Assembly: GCA_051294375.1 (NCBI GenBank)
Contig: CM119267.1
Location: 11,605,553-11,669,552, forward strand
Length of the DNA stretch: 64,000 nt
Direction of reading: 5' to 3'
DNA from: Paraspadella gotoi
Lineage: Eukaryota; Animalia; Chaetognatha
In this document: positions 25,187 through 40,536 of the stretch, one piece after another
Numbering within the stretch: the first letter of the stretch is position 1
How the letters are laid out: every line of letters begins with the position of its first letter
The notes under the pieces: model-generated
Databases searched by the model: none
Seen by the model: only the letters and a program-made list of their open reading frames with translations
Told to the model about the DNA's origin: nothing
Program-made: the position numbers and the translations under genes

Positions 25187-27098
25187 GGGGTTAGAGTCAC
25201 TTAGAGGGGTGGTAAATTGAAAGAAGAAAAAATATAAAGTTAAACAAATTTCTATAAAATTTAATAATTTGTAACCCTGTCCTCCAGACCCGGACGAAGA
25301 TTAGGGGAAGTATGGGAAGCCAAAGATTGATTCCCTTTGTTCCAGATTTAGTCAATCCTTATCCTTTCGGATTCTCTCTCTCTTCTCTTCTCTTCCTTTT
25401 ATCTTTTTACTTCTGCCTGATTATTTCTGTAAATTGCTGGCCCTGAAAAATTATCTTGCTGAAAGGATTGAATGCATGGTCTTTCAATGAAATTGCACCG
25501 ATTCCCATAAATAAAAACTGTTTATTAATTAATTGTAACCCTCAAAATAACGAGAGGACGTCATCAAAATATACTCACTNNNNNNNNNNNNNNNNNNNNN
25601 NNNNNNNNNNNNNNNNNNNNNNNNNNNNNNNNNNNNNNNNNNNNNNNNNNNNNNNNNNNNNNNNNNNNNNNNNNNNNNNNNNNNNNNNNNNNNNNNNNNN
25701 NNNNNNNNNNNNNNNNNNNNNNNNNNNNNNNNNNNNNNNNNNNNNNNNNNNAGACGCGCCGCGCCGGAAACGTTTTTCGCCCAATACTCGCGGTTTCTAT
25801 GGAGACGCCGCCGTCAGTTTATCGGTGGGCGTGGCTTTTCCTAAACNNNNNNNNNNNNNNNNNNNNNNNNNNNNNNNNNNNNNNNNNNNNNNNNNNNNNN
25901 NNNNNNNNNNNNNNNNNNNNNNNNNNNNNNNNNNNNNNNNNNNNNNNNNNNNNNNNNNNNNNNNNNNNNNNNNNNNNNNNNNNNNNNNNNNNNNNNNNNN
26001 NNNNNNNNNNNNNNNNNNNNCAATGTTTTCTCAATATCCCTAAATCAAGGTTAATTTCCCAGTCCGTTGTAAGAGGGAAGAGGCCTGTTTGGCGCCTGAT
26101 CAGAAAGAAGGAAAAATAGAAAATAAAGAAAGAAAGGGAGATAGAAAGAAAGACCGAGTAGAAGTGAGGAGCGTGGATGATAGAAAGAAGTTTGGAAAGT
26201 GACGTCATTATCTTGGAAAGATTTTGGAAAAAAAGAATGAGGAAAAACACAGAAAAGAAATTTTAAAAAAATAGGAAAGAATTTTAACGCAACGATAAAC
26301 ACAAGAAATCGCGTTTTACGAAAACGCATGTGTTAAATCGAAACCTTCAATTAGGAATAAACATACATATCTCAGACATTTTAAATAGTTTTTGTCATGC
26401 CTGACGTTCTCTACCCTAACCATACCTCCCTCTTTTCCCATAATCTTATCCTCTAACCAAACTTCCCCACGTCCCCCGACTTCGTCCCCGGGTTTTTCCA
26501 GGGGTCGCGATTTTTCTTCCTTTGTGTTGGCGAATTCCAAATATGGAGATGAAGCGGAGCCATTTTCGGGGGTCGCGTCGCGGTTTCGCGCCGTAAGTGG
26601 CCGAGTGGGGGAGGGGCAGAGGGGGTGGTAAGGGGGGGAGGGCCTTGAATGGGAAGTATGAGAATAAAAAGAAAAATAAAGAAAAAATTGGGGTCGCGAG
26701 AGGGAAGAAAAATGGAAAAGTGGAACAGTAAAGAAATGGGGAGAGTCTTTTGGGGAGTAAATTGGAGGAAAAGAGTAGGAAGGAAAGAAGGTAGAAAATT
26801 TAATTAGGATGAGAGGGAAAAAGAAGAAAGAGTGTAGGAAGAGGGAGAGGAGAGGAGAGAGAGGATGGAGAGAGGAGGAGGGAGGATGAGAGAGGAGAGA
26901 GGAGAGAAGAGGAGGTCGGAAGGGGGAAGACAAAATGTCTGGTTTTTCGCCATTTTTTGCGGGGGAGGGAAGTGGCGGAAAGCGTGAGTGAAAGCGAAGG
27001 GCTAAAGGTGGTAAAGTGGGGAAGTTGAGGCGTGAGGAAGAAACTTAATTGTTAATCTTTTTTATTGGCGTGCTATCGTTGTGAGAGAGAGAGGAGGG

Positions 27099-27135
<37 letters not shown>

Positions 27136-27281
27136 GATGAGGAGAGCGAGAGAGAGAGAGAGAGATAAGTGGAATTTTTCGAGGAGAGAGAAAAGGTTGA
27201 GGCGTCGAAGGGCGAATGCTTTCGTCGTTCGTTGCTAAGAGATTGATTCGAGGAGAAAACTGGGTCATTCTCTTAACTCAG

Positions 27282-27341
27282 CCTTTAAAGGCAGCCGTCT
27301 CCAGGGAGCTGCCCCGGGCCATAGACCAAGAGGCATTCTCA
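27282..27341 (+). CDS. Isolated candidate exon (PLKAAVSRELPRAIDQEAFS)
   Basis: GC-rich 60-nt block bounded by TTAACTCAG and CAG|GTACGA. It may belong to the gene continuing at 34144 if further exons lie in the N gaps. Confidence 0.25.
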
Positions 27342-27825
27342 GGTACGAGTATTCATCTCAAGGCATCTCGCTCAAGGTACATTCACTTCAAAAGTCCTCT
27401 CCCTAAAAGCATTCCCACATAGTATATCTCAATGAATTCCATAAAGCATTCTCATCATGTCATTCACTCTAATTCAAATCTTTCCATGTACTGACTCTCT
27501 CATTAAAAAAAAACACAAGACGCCATCTTTTGATGACGTAAGAATTTCCAGACACGATCTGTAACAGATGGAATCTCAAGAAAGAAATTTTTCATATATC
27601 TTATCTTGAGCGCATTTCACACTTTTCAGACTTGATCTATAGCAGACTTTCTCGCGAAGCATGATTCTCGGCTTCCTCCGCCACGCCCCTCCTTCCCCCC
27701 CCCCCACGACTCACCCCCCCCTTCAAAAAAAATAGAAGAAAAAAAGAATCACGTGATTTCGCCGAAAAGATGAAAGGCAGAAGATTTCTGTCGTCGCTTC
27801 TGTCGTCTTCGGCTTCTTCGTTTTC

Positions 27826-27931
27826 GTCCTCGTCGTCGTCGTCTTCGTCTTCGTCTTCGTCTTCGTCTTCGTCGTCGTCTTCGTCTTCGTCTTCGTCTTC
27901 GTCTTCGTCTTCGTCTTCTTCGTCGTCGTCT
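27826..27931. repeat. (TCG/TCT)n trinucleotide/hexanucleotide tract; similar GAC/TCG tracts at 6591-6666, 31675-31737 and 32730-32763
   Basis: Directly visible. Confidence 0.95.
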
Positions 27932-28832
27932 TATCGGCATTTTCTTTTTTGGTTTTTGTCGTTCTCGGGGTTCTAAGCTATTTTGTTGGTTTCCGCGTTG
28001 GAGTTGTCTCTCTGATCACCTTTATATGGTGATTGCTTACATTTTTTTTCAAGTCACAACCGATGGGCGATTTTTTTTATCTTTTCGTCGCAGCTTCTCC
28101 TTTTCGCCCTTTTGAGATTCATCGTCGCCATTTTGTTTCGTGTTTCCATCTTTACTAATTCCACCGTCGTCGCCTTTGTTGTCACCGGCTTTGTCTTTCT
28201 CGTCTTTCTCAGCGTCGTCTTCGTCGTCGTCTCTACTGTAAACCTCAAGAATTGGATCGCCGCCCTTCGCCGCCCTGGGAAACGGGTTTTTGCCGGAGGC
28301 GGCGCTCGAGAGTGCGAATAGTGCGTGCGAGCGAAGAAAGCGTGCGACCGAAGAAAGCGTGCGTGCGAGCGAAGAAAGCACATTTTCTTCGCACGCGAAA
28401 CTGTGAAATCTGTTTGTTTTTTTGGAGACATTTCGTAACGAAATGTTTAATATGTATTTAATGTGAGTTTTACATATTATAGATTATGAAAAAAATTCCT
28501 CGTGAGAGTATTCAATATTCATAAATCGCCTCGCAGGTAAACTTCAGACTCACTGTTTCTTCACGATTCGTAGTCACACTCGAATAAGAGTCTCACGTCT
28601 CCAGTCGAGACGCGACGACGCCGCGTTCTTGAAGACGACGGGAATATCTTATGACGACGTGAAAGACGACGACGACGACGACGACGACGGGTGACAAATG
28701 AAGAGAACGAAGGAAAACGCGAAATATATTTCGAGATGCGCGAATTTTTTTTTTTTTTTTTTTTTGAATGACTCATGTCGCATTCCGTCGTCGTAGACGT
28801 CGTTGTTGTTGTCTTCATAGTCGTCTTGCTTG

Positions 28833-28864
<32 letters not shown>

Positions 28865-29015
28865 GTTGTCGTTCAGCAAAGTTGTCTTTGCCATCGTCGT
28901 CGGTTATCGTCTTTTGGAGCAAATTGAAAAAATGCTAAAAAAAAGACAGGCCCGCGCGATTAGTTCAAAAGCGCTTTTTGAAAAATCCTTCCATACATCT
29001 GCCTTTTTTTTTTTC

Positions 29016-29111
<96 letters not shown>

Positions 29112-29611
29112 TCCTTACCACCAGCCATGCCTAAATGCGAAAAAAAAAAAAAAAATAGAAAAAAGAATTTGAAGAGAAACAAAAGCGACGGGGAATACGA
29201 AAGATGATGACGACGACGACGACAACGAAGCCAACGACGACGACGACGACGACTGGGAAGAAAAAGAGAAAATGAAGGAACCACGGGGTCAAACGGCGCG
29301 AGTAGCCGGGAGAGAAAAGAGAGAAAAAAATCAGGAAGGAGAGAAAGCGGGAAGGAAAGAAAAAAATATAAAGAAAAACAGATCGCAGAAAAAAAGGCAA
29401 AGAGAAGGAAGGATATAAAATTAGTGGAAAAAAAAGGCTCATGAAAAGAGACAGACTAGAGAGGAGAGAGAGAGAATGGTGACGAGAGAGAGAGAGAGAG
29501 GGAGAGAGAGAGGAGGAAAAAAAAGACAGAGGGAAGCCATCTAGTCGACCGCACTGACTGCAATCAATCCTTCGCTCCCAAAAAATAGATTTCCCCAAAA
29601 CCTTCTTTTCT

Positions 29612-29671
<60 letters not shown>

Positions 29672-30477
29672 TCTCTCTCTCTCTCTCTCTCTCTCTCGCC
29701 ATTTTTTTTTTTTCCCGCTTATTTCGTTTCTCATTTTCTACCTCTCTCCACCGAATTNNNNNNNNNNNNNNNNNNNNNNNNNNNNNNNNNNNNNNNNNNN
29801 NNNNNNNNNNNNNNNNNNNNNNNNNNNNNNNNNNNNNNNNNNNNNNNNNNNNNNNNNNNNNNNNNNNNNNNNNNNNNNNNNNNNNNNNNNNNNNNNNNNN
29901 NNNNNNNNNNNNNNNNNNNNNNNNNNNNNNNNNNNNNNNNNNNNNNNNNNNNNNNNNNNNNNNNNNNNNNNNNNNNNNNNNNNNNNNNNNNNNNNNNNNN
30001 NNNNNNNNNNNNNNNNNNNNNNNNNNNNNNNNNNNNNNNNNNNNNNNNNNNNNNNNNNNNNNNNNNNNNNNNNNNNNNNNNNNNNNNNNNNNNNNNNNNN
30101 NNNNNNNNNNNNNNNNNNNNNNNNNNNNNNNNNNNNNNNNNNNNNNNNNNNNNNNNNNNNNNNNNNNNNNNNNNNNNNNNNNNNNNNNNNNNNNNNNNNN
30201 NNNNNNNNNNNNNNNNNNNNNNNNNNNNNNNNNNNNNNNNNNNNNNNNNNNNNNNNNNNNNNNNNNNNNNNNNNNNNNNNNNNNNNNNNNNNNNNNNNNN
30301 NNNNNNNNNNNNNNNNNNNNNNNNNNNNNNNNNNNNNNNNNNNNNNNNNNNNNNNNNNNNNNNNNNNNNNNNNNNNNNNNNNNNNNNNNNNNNNNNNNNN
30401 NNNNNNNNNNNNNNNNNNNNNNNNNNNNGCCACCTTCTTCTTCTCTTACCACTCTATTCTGTCCACCCGCTCCCCCA

Positions 30478-30519
<42 letters not shown>

Positions 30520-31054
30520 CCAACTTCCGCCTCCAATTAGCGCCGAAAGAGAAAGACATACGAGGCCCCGGGGAAGCATCATGGGTCATTTTCGAGTCGA
30601 AAAAAATCTGGAGGGGAAATGGAAGGAAGGGAAGAAGTGGATGATGAAACGAAGAGAAGAGACGTAAAAGAAAGGGAATTAAAAGAAAAAGAAAAAAGAA
30701 AGGAAAAATGGTGAAGAGAAGTAGAGGAATGGTGAGGATTAAGGAGAGAAAGGAAAGGGAATGGGAGAGAGGAAAAGGTTCGCCAAATGAGAAAGATGTT
30801 TAAGGAAAAGAAAAGTAAAAATAGGAAACAGGGAACTGTGAGAACATGAAAGATAAGGGAGAAATAAAGGAAGGGAAGAAAAAAACGGGGGAAAAAAAGG
30901 GAAAGGATGGGAAGGAGAAAATGGGAAAAAACGGGGACGAAGGAAAAAAAGGGAGAGCGATACTCGAAGGAAATTGGTACAACTTGAAATGCCGCTTGTG
31001 AGTAACAACTTTAAAAAAAAGAAAAAAAGAAAAGAATGTGAACGGAAGAAGGTA

Positions 31055-31097
<43 letters not shown>

Positions 31098-31150
31098 CTA
31101 AAATATCTAAAATATCTAAAATATCTAAAATCTAATATCTAAACTAATAT
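31055..31150. repeat. (AT)n followed by (AAAATATCT)n minisatellite; copy at ~48062-48190
   Basis: Directly visible. The AT tract length differs between the two copies. Confidence 0.9.
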
Positions 31151-31831
31151 CAGTTAAATGGAGGACAACATGAAAACGCGAGAATGAAAAATTAGGTGAG
31201 GATAAAAAAAAAACAAGCCTGAGAAGGACAAAACAAAAACAGTGAAACAAAAACAAACAAACAAAAGCATAAGGCTTTTTGAGGGTATTTTGCTATCTTC
31301 TCACGATTAGATTTTGACTATTTAAATAACTTATTTTCTTAACCTGTATAATTTATAACAATTTAATTTATTCGAAACCCTGCAGACTGTTCCTATGACA
31401 AAATTAACTACATATTTCATTGTTATAGTGTAATTTGTTTACATATTTTGTCGCCAAGATTCAAAAAATTATAAGAAAAAAGAGTATTCAAAGAACAACT
31501 GTTTCTCTTCCCACTAATGTACGAACGATTAGTCTGACCACGACGCGCATCTGGTCTGAGAAAATGAGGCGAAACAGCGAGCGAGAGACAGAGAGGCTAC
31601 CTCCTTTCCTGTCAAACTCGTTTTTCCTTCCCAAGTTTCCGGTTTTGCCGTTCGCTTTGACCGCGAATGGCTTGACGATGACGACGACGATGACGACGAT
31701 GACGACGACGACGTCGACGACGACGACGATGACGACCGCTTGATTGGTTGTCATCGACGCTTCACTAAACGGAAAACGCATTAAAGGGTCTCTCGGTGTA
31801 CCGTTCCTATTTTTTTCCGTGCGTCTTTCCC

Positions 31832-31950
<119 letters not shown>

Positions 31951-32610
31951 CTCAACTTTTTTTTCGGCGAACAGAGGGCAGACGAGAGGCTAAAAAATAG
32001 ACACGTAGCTCTCGTAAACTGCTTATCTCTTTTCCTCCTTTGACAATCCGTCCCCCTTCTTTTTCTTTTTCCTCCCTCTCCATCCACAATCACCATCACC
32101 CACCATCACCCACCATCAACCACCATCACCCACTCAATCCATCACCCACTATTCCGAAATCCTAATGACTAACCCTCATCCTTAACCGAATCTCTAACAT
32201 AATCTCTAAAGTCTAAACTAAACCTTAACATTATCAATAAGCCTCATCCCAAACGTATTACATACATCCATTTCTTCTCACGTATTTTTTAAACCTATTT
32301 AAACCTGTTTAAACCTATTGAAATTTACGTAAATGAGCCGATTTTGGCAAATATGACCGAAAACTGAATGACGCCTCATTTTCAGAGACCTTACCTTTAT
32401 TAACTTACCTAACTCATGAGAATAAATAAAAAAGACGAAAGCCCCGCGTCTCAAATTCGGAACCCGAGCGAGGTCTTAATTTCTCCCTTTCTCGATAACG
32501 ATCCTTCGCCAAAAAAAAAGGATCGGCGTCAATATTTGCAGCGCTAATGGGCGCCGTCGATGAGATGACCGGAAGTCCGCCCGGGGAAGACGCGTCTTAT
32601 CTCCAGAGAG

Positions 32611-32665
<55 letters not shown>

Positions 32666-32721
32666 TCGTTTCGGTGAAGGAAAAGCCAAATCTTATCGGA
32701 AAAAAATCTATCGACGAACCC

Positions 32722-32763
<42 letters not shown>

Positions 32764-33625
32764 CAAGAGGATCCATTAGCAAGAAAAACAAGTTAATTGA
32801 GGATAACCAGAGGGTGGGAGGTGAGGGAAGGACGGGAGCCGAGATAACGAGGTCGATGGACTGAGTCTTGTAATCTGGTGGGGACTGGCGTGGGGCATCG
32901 CTTAACGTTTTTATCACGTCACGACGTCGTTGTTGTCGTTATTGTCGTCGTCTTCATGTTATTACGTCAAAAAAAAAAAAAACTTGAATGTCTTCGTCCT
33001 GGTCCAGGTTGTTCACCTTCATCATCATCGTCATCATCGAGTTCGACATCATCGTCGTCGTCGTCGTCATAGATGGCGCTTTCGCCGCCGTCCGCGAGGT
33101 CATAAATCAAGAATAAAAGGCGCCGAGGGATAATGTTAATAAAAAAAACTTTAAACGAAATAAAAATTTAGTCCGTTGTTTCATTTTATGTTTATCCACT
33201 TTTGCCCATTTCTTGGTTTTAAAAATATATGTGCTTATATTTTTTTTCAATTTTTATTAGACGTTATTTAGTCTTTCCCTCTCTCTGTTTGTTTATTTAT
33301 TCACGACTCACGATCACTTGATTAATTTTCGTTTTACCTTTGATTTTGAGGTTTGGTGTTCTCATGGTCTCTTTCCTTTCCTGATTACAATTTACGCTTC
33401 TTCTTCCAAGTACTTACTTCTTTCCATACTTACTTACTTCTTTCCATATTTAATCCTTTTTTTCTTCCTCCACTCATTTCCACTTCTTTCTTCTTTTCTT
33501 CGCAGTGGATGTTTAAAAGATGACGTTTGCTTAATTGATTTTAAGTAATTTTATATCAACTGATTCAACTGTACAGTGTACATGAAGTGTATGTTAAGTA
33601 TTATAACGCATATAACGATCATACT

Positions 33626-33736
33626 TACGTATATATACGTATATATACGTATATATATACGTATATATACGTATATATACGTATATACGTATATACGTAT
33701 ATATACGTATATATACGTATATATACGTATATATAC
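33626..33736. repeat. Self-complementary (GTATATATAC)n minisatellite; copy at ~50662-50771
   Basis: About 11 units of 8-12 bp, each its own reverse complement. Confidence 0.95.
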
Positions 33737-34143
33737 ATCAGACTAGACGAAGTAAGAAAAAAGAATGTGTAAAACCATTTTGGCCGAAAAAAACCTTTCA
33801 AACTCCAGGGAGACTTTGGTAGTTGGCTTGAGTCAACGAGGAAGAGAAGATGAGGAAAGAAGCAATAGAACTGAGAAGAAAAAAGGGTCACCTTTATCTT
33901 TGTTTCGTAAATCCTTAAAAGTTAAAACAAAAGAACTACGTAAAGTCGTGATATATCTGACATTCAAAAAGTAGAGATAGAAAAAAACGAGACGGAGTCT
34001 CGAAATTTTAGATTTGAATTATTTCCTCCCTTGCTTTTAAAGTCATGTAATAATATTTTATATATAATCAAATTTTCTGCTTATAAATCAACAATTTAAA
34101 ATTCCCCCCCCTTTTTTTTCCCCCTCTCAACTCGCCTTTCCAG

Positions 34144-34494
34144 GAACTGGAGAAGCCGCCCCTTCTCACTTCGGATTGTCTCGAGGCCCTGAAGCTCCGC
34201 ATGGGCACCGGGGGCCTGCTGGAGCGCAGCGTCGACGGCGGCGGTGGCGGCGGAGCTGGAGGAGCTGTCGGTGCTGGCGGCATGACCCTGGGACGAGTCA
34301 GACCATCCGCGGGTGAGATTCGGAGAGTTGTTTTCATTTGTTTGTTTTTGCTTTTTTATCTTTTCTCAATCAGGTTTGTCATGCTCTCACGGCAACGGGG
34401 CACACTATCCTCACACACTGCCGACTGTTCTGTCATCCGCTGATCTCATGGTGCTTGCAGACGGAACCATTCACGCCGATCACAACGACACCAG
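34144..34494 (+). CDS. Two internal exons (34144-34312, 34374-34494) of an unidentified protein-coding gene
   Basis: Polypyrimidine-CAG acceptors, GTGAGA and GTTTGA donors, and a 61-nt intron with matching phase 1. Joined frame: ELEKPPLLTSDCLEALKLRMGTGGLLERSVDGGGGGGAGGAVGAGGMTLGRVRPSAGLSCSHGNGAHYPHTLPTVLSSADLMVLADGTIHADHNDT. No family recognised. Confidence 0.6.
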
Positions 34495-34533
34495 GTTTGA
34501 TCAGAGGGTAATAACTTGTACCAATGTCCGGAT

Positions 34534-34624
34534 GTCGGAATGGCCGAGTGGTCTAAGGCGCTAGACTCAAGACGAGAATTCTGGTCTACCCATGTGGGCA
34601 TGGGTTCGTATCCCTTTTGTGTTT
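34534..34624 (+). tRNA. tRNA-Leu(CAA)-like gene with a very short anticodon-loop insert and a degenerate 3' acceptor strand; probably a pseudogene
   Basis: GTCGGAATGGCCGAGTGGTCTAAGGCG (A box/D arm); anticodon stem CTAGA/TCTGG with CAA at 34568-34570; extra ACGAGAA after position 37; long variable arm; GGTTCGTATCCC (B box with an A>T change). The following TTTTGTGTT pairs poorly with GTCGGAA. Confidence 0.75.
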
Positions 34625-34812
34625 CCATATTTATTTACCTATGAATTAGTTGTCTTCTCTGACCATCACAAGAACTGTTAGAATGGCGCTGACGTCTAAC
34701 AAGTCGATCCTTACCATTTCTAACAGACTTTTTTCTTTTTTTAATACTTAAAGATGGACTTATGTATTTTTACCATCGATTTGGAACAAATGACTGAAAT
34801 TGTTTTTCTGTT

Positions 34813-34881
34813 GACTCAAGAGTCTGATTGACTAATCCCGTATTGCGCCAGTCTTCGATTCCCACTTCTGACACCTTTTTT
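34813..34881 (+). pseudogene. 3' fragment of tRNA-Leu(CAA) followed by a Pol III-type T run
   Basis: GACTCAAG (anticodon loop) at 34813-34820, TTCGATTCCCACTTCTGACA at 34854-34873 matching the canonical eukaryotic tRNA-Leu 3' end, then TTTTTT at 34876-34881. Confidence 0.6.
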
Positions 34882-35120
34882 GCGACTTCTTGAAAATAAA
34901 AGTGTTGTGCAATCGGGCGTCCCTGAAATTATTTTTTTTTTAAAGTAGCTTCGAGCACGACATAACAAAATTTACCTTCTCTGTCTTGGGCTTTGATTGG
35001 AGAGTTTCGTAAGTTCGTATGTATATAATGTGTGACGTCGCTAACTATAAATTTAAAAATCTGTGAACCCTTACGAGCGCAACGTTGGACGGGGAGAAAA
35101 ACAAAAGACGTGCGCTGAGA

Positions 35121-35623
35121 CGGCGCTCGTTTAATCCCGCGTAATGTCACAGGCGTTTCATCGGCAAACACAAACGTAAACAAAAATTTGAGGATAGCGA
35201 CGACGACGACGACGACGACGAGCCACCAGCGACCATGTGGATTAGTTGGTTGTTATCCAGGGTCATTATCCGGGAGATAGATTCCGAGTAAAACGTGGAA
35301 TCCGAGATTGTCAACCGGTTTGAATTGTCAAACATTGAGCGACGATGAAGGCAATTACGACGACGACGACGTCGACATTGTTATCTAAAATTTAGAAAGT
35401 ATTTACAAACAAAACACGAAAATCTCACAAAAAAACTACAACCGTAATAACAACTACGAGACAAAAACCCACAATTCACGAAGCGATTATTCATCCTGAG
35501 AAAAAAAAGAGAGATTTCGTTTCACGAAAAAGAGAAGAAAAAAAAAATGCGTCTAGCGTCTATCCCATGGAACGCCACGCAAAAAAATGCAAAATATGCA
35601 CAAAAAGTCTGCCCAGAAAAAAA

Positions 35624-35720
<97 letters not shown>

Positions 35721-36048
35721 CATCACCCGTTCTCACCATCTCTTCGCGTGTCCTTGATGTAAAGAGCATTGGCCATCCTTCGGAATCCTTCGTACCACGC
35801 CGCCACGTGGTTGGCGCCGCCGACGCCGACGATGTGGGCCGTCGCCGCTCACTTCCGGCGCCAAGTCCGAACCGCCGCGAGGAGAGGGGGGAGAGGGGGC
35901 GGGGGTTGTCCGTCTGAAGGAGTGGTAAAGTAATGGAGGATGAAAGTAAGCAAAAATCGAGCGAACGAAAGAAAGAAAGAAAGAAAGCTAGAAAGAAAGG
36001 AAAAAAGAAAGAAATAAATAAACAAAAAAAAAAAAAGATAAAAAGAAA

Positions 36049-36101
<53 letters not shown>

Positions 36102-37563
36102 ACATAAAAAGCAAAAAAAAAGAGGAAAGATGAAAAGATAGAAAGACAGAAAGTAGCTTAGAATTTAGTTCAGAGAAAGGATCGTAAAAATGTAAGCAGG
36201 GAATCAGAAATTACGAGCTACAAAGACATCAAGTGGCCTTCGCTTCTTTATCTTTTCTCTTTTCTTTCCTTCTTTCTTTTCACTTTTTTCATGACGAGGA
36301 AAAACCGAAGGAGTTCAAAAATAATAACGTCTTCATGTATTTTAATACAAAAAAATTAATATTTTTGAAGAAACGAACATGGCGGTTCGCTTTTATCATA
36401 TTTTCATGTTTACATTTCACAACGTCAGGCATCAAGTTCGTGGGATTCGATTCGTCATGAAATTACAAAAAAAAAACAAAAAAACAAACTATTCACAGAA
36501 ACCGTTTCCTTTTCTCTGCTTTACGAGCCAAACTTTTTCTTTTCTCTTCCTTAATTCTTTTTATTTCTCTTCTTCTCTTTTCTCTGACAGGATCACTGCT
36601 AACGAATGTTTTTCTTGAGATTTGCTTCTCTGAATCTTCCTCTCTTGGCCGGCTCGCTCGCCTCCTACCCCACCTGCCCCAACTCCCCGCTCCCCCCCAC
36701 AAACTTCCACGGCCACTTATTCCCTCGTGGCTTCCTCCACTCCCTGCCCACCACGGTCGCCCACTCACAACTTCTTTTTCTCTTTTCACAGTGACGCTCG
36801 CTAATCGGAGTCCAAACCAGACGCTTTAGCTATTGGACTTTAAGAAATTCTCACATAAAGAACTCTCATTAAGACGCGTTTAATAATTAACCCTTTTACT
36901 AACCGTGGCTTTTAACTTAATATAATAAAACGAAGAAGTTTCAACGTCGTCGCAGGCTCAGCGATTCAGAGTTAAAATGATGTTAGATTAAATTTTAAAT
37001 AGGGATTTCTGTACGAAAGCAGAACTAATTAGTATTTGCCAAATACGTACTGGTTTTTAGTTAATCACCAGAAAGTAAAGATTCACCTTCCCGCTCTTTC
37101 CGTTTTTTGATCACTATTAACGAATTTCTCACCTGCGCAACCGGAGTGGATGTCATGAGGGTGATTCACAAGGCTGTAGATGGCGGTTTGAGTATTGGGC
37201 GAAGCTAGCACCGTAGTGCCTGAAGAAGGACAAGAAAGAATTTTATTGAATTAAAACAAAGAAAGAAAAAAGGAGGGTCGACGCACGAGAGGCGAGATCT
37301 TAATCGCTTACCCATTAAGTACACATTTATATGTACATACTAACTCGCAGCGGGCGACGAATCTACAAATTAGTTAGTCTTTAAGAGGGGAGAGAAAGAG
37401 AGCGAAATAAAATAAAAGAGAGAGAAAGAGAGAGAGAGAGAGAGTTGGCAAAGTCGAGCTCACGAGTCACGATACAACAGTTTAAGGGAATCGAATAAAG
37501 AAAACGTGAAAAACGAGAGATTGAGTGCGCATGTGTGTGAAGCCAGAGGACAGAGAGAGAAAG

Positions 37564-37657
<94 letters not shown>

Positions 37658-37670
37658 CGTTGTTTGAATG
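35121..37670 (+). repeat. Block B (2550 bp): direct copy 42796-45345; inverted copies ~45371-47484 (partial), ~54999-57550 and ~60260-63185 (noisy)
   Basis: The ORF track repeats identically at offset +7675 and in mirror image (coordinate sum 92669). Confidence 0.95.
36051..36101. repeat. (AAAG)n tetranucleotide tract; also at ~23080-23112 and in the block copies
   Basis: Directly visible. Confidence 0.9.
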
Positions 37671-40511
<2,841 letters not shown>

Positions 40512-40536
40512 NNNNNNNNNNNNNNNNNNNNNNNNN
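40512..40536. other. 25-N gap (also 21951-21975, 45346-45370, 47485-47509, 58215-58239)
   Basis: Five gaps of exactly 25 N, each at a junction between duplicated blocks. Confidence 0.95.

Noticed and set aside
29541-30536. Long ORFs through X runs (also 5123-5701, 12176-12679, 23673-24253, 46470-47254)
   Set aside because: Their length comes from N gaps.
31560-31790. Frame reading ...FAVRFDREWLDDDDDD... as an acidic exon
   Set aside because: It is directly preceded by TGA, has no clear splice sites, and is explained by a (GAC)n tract.
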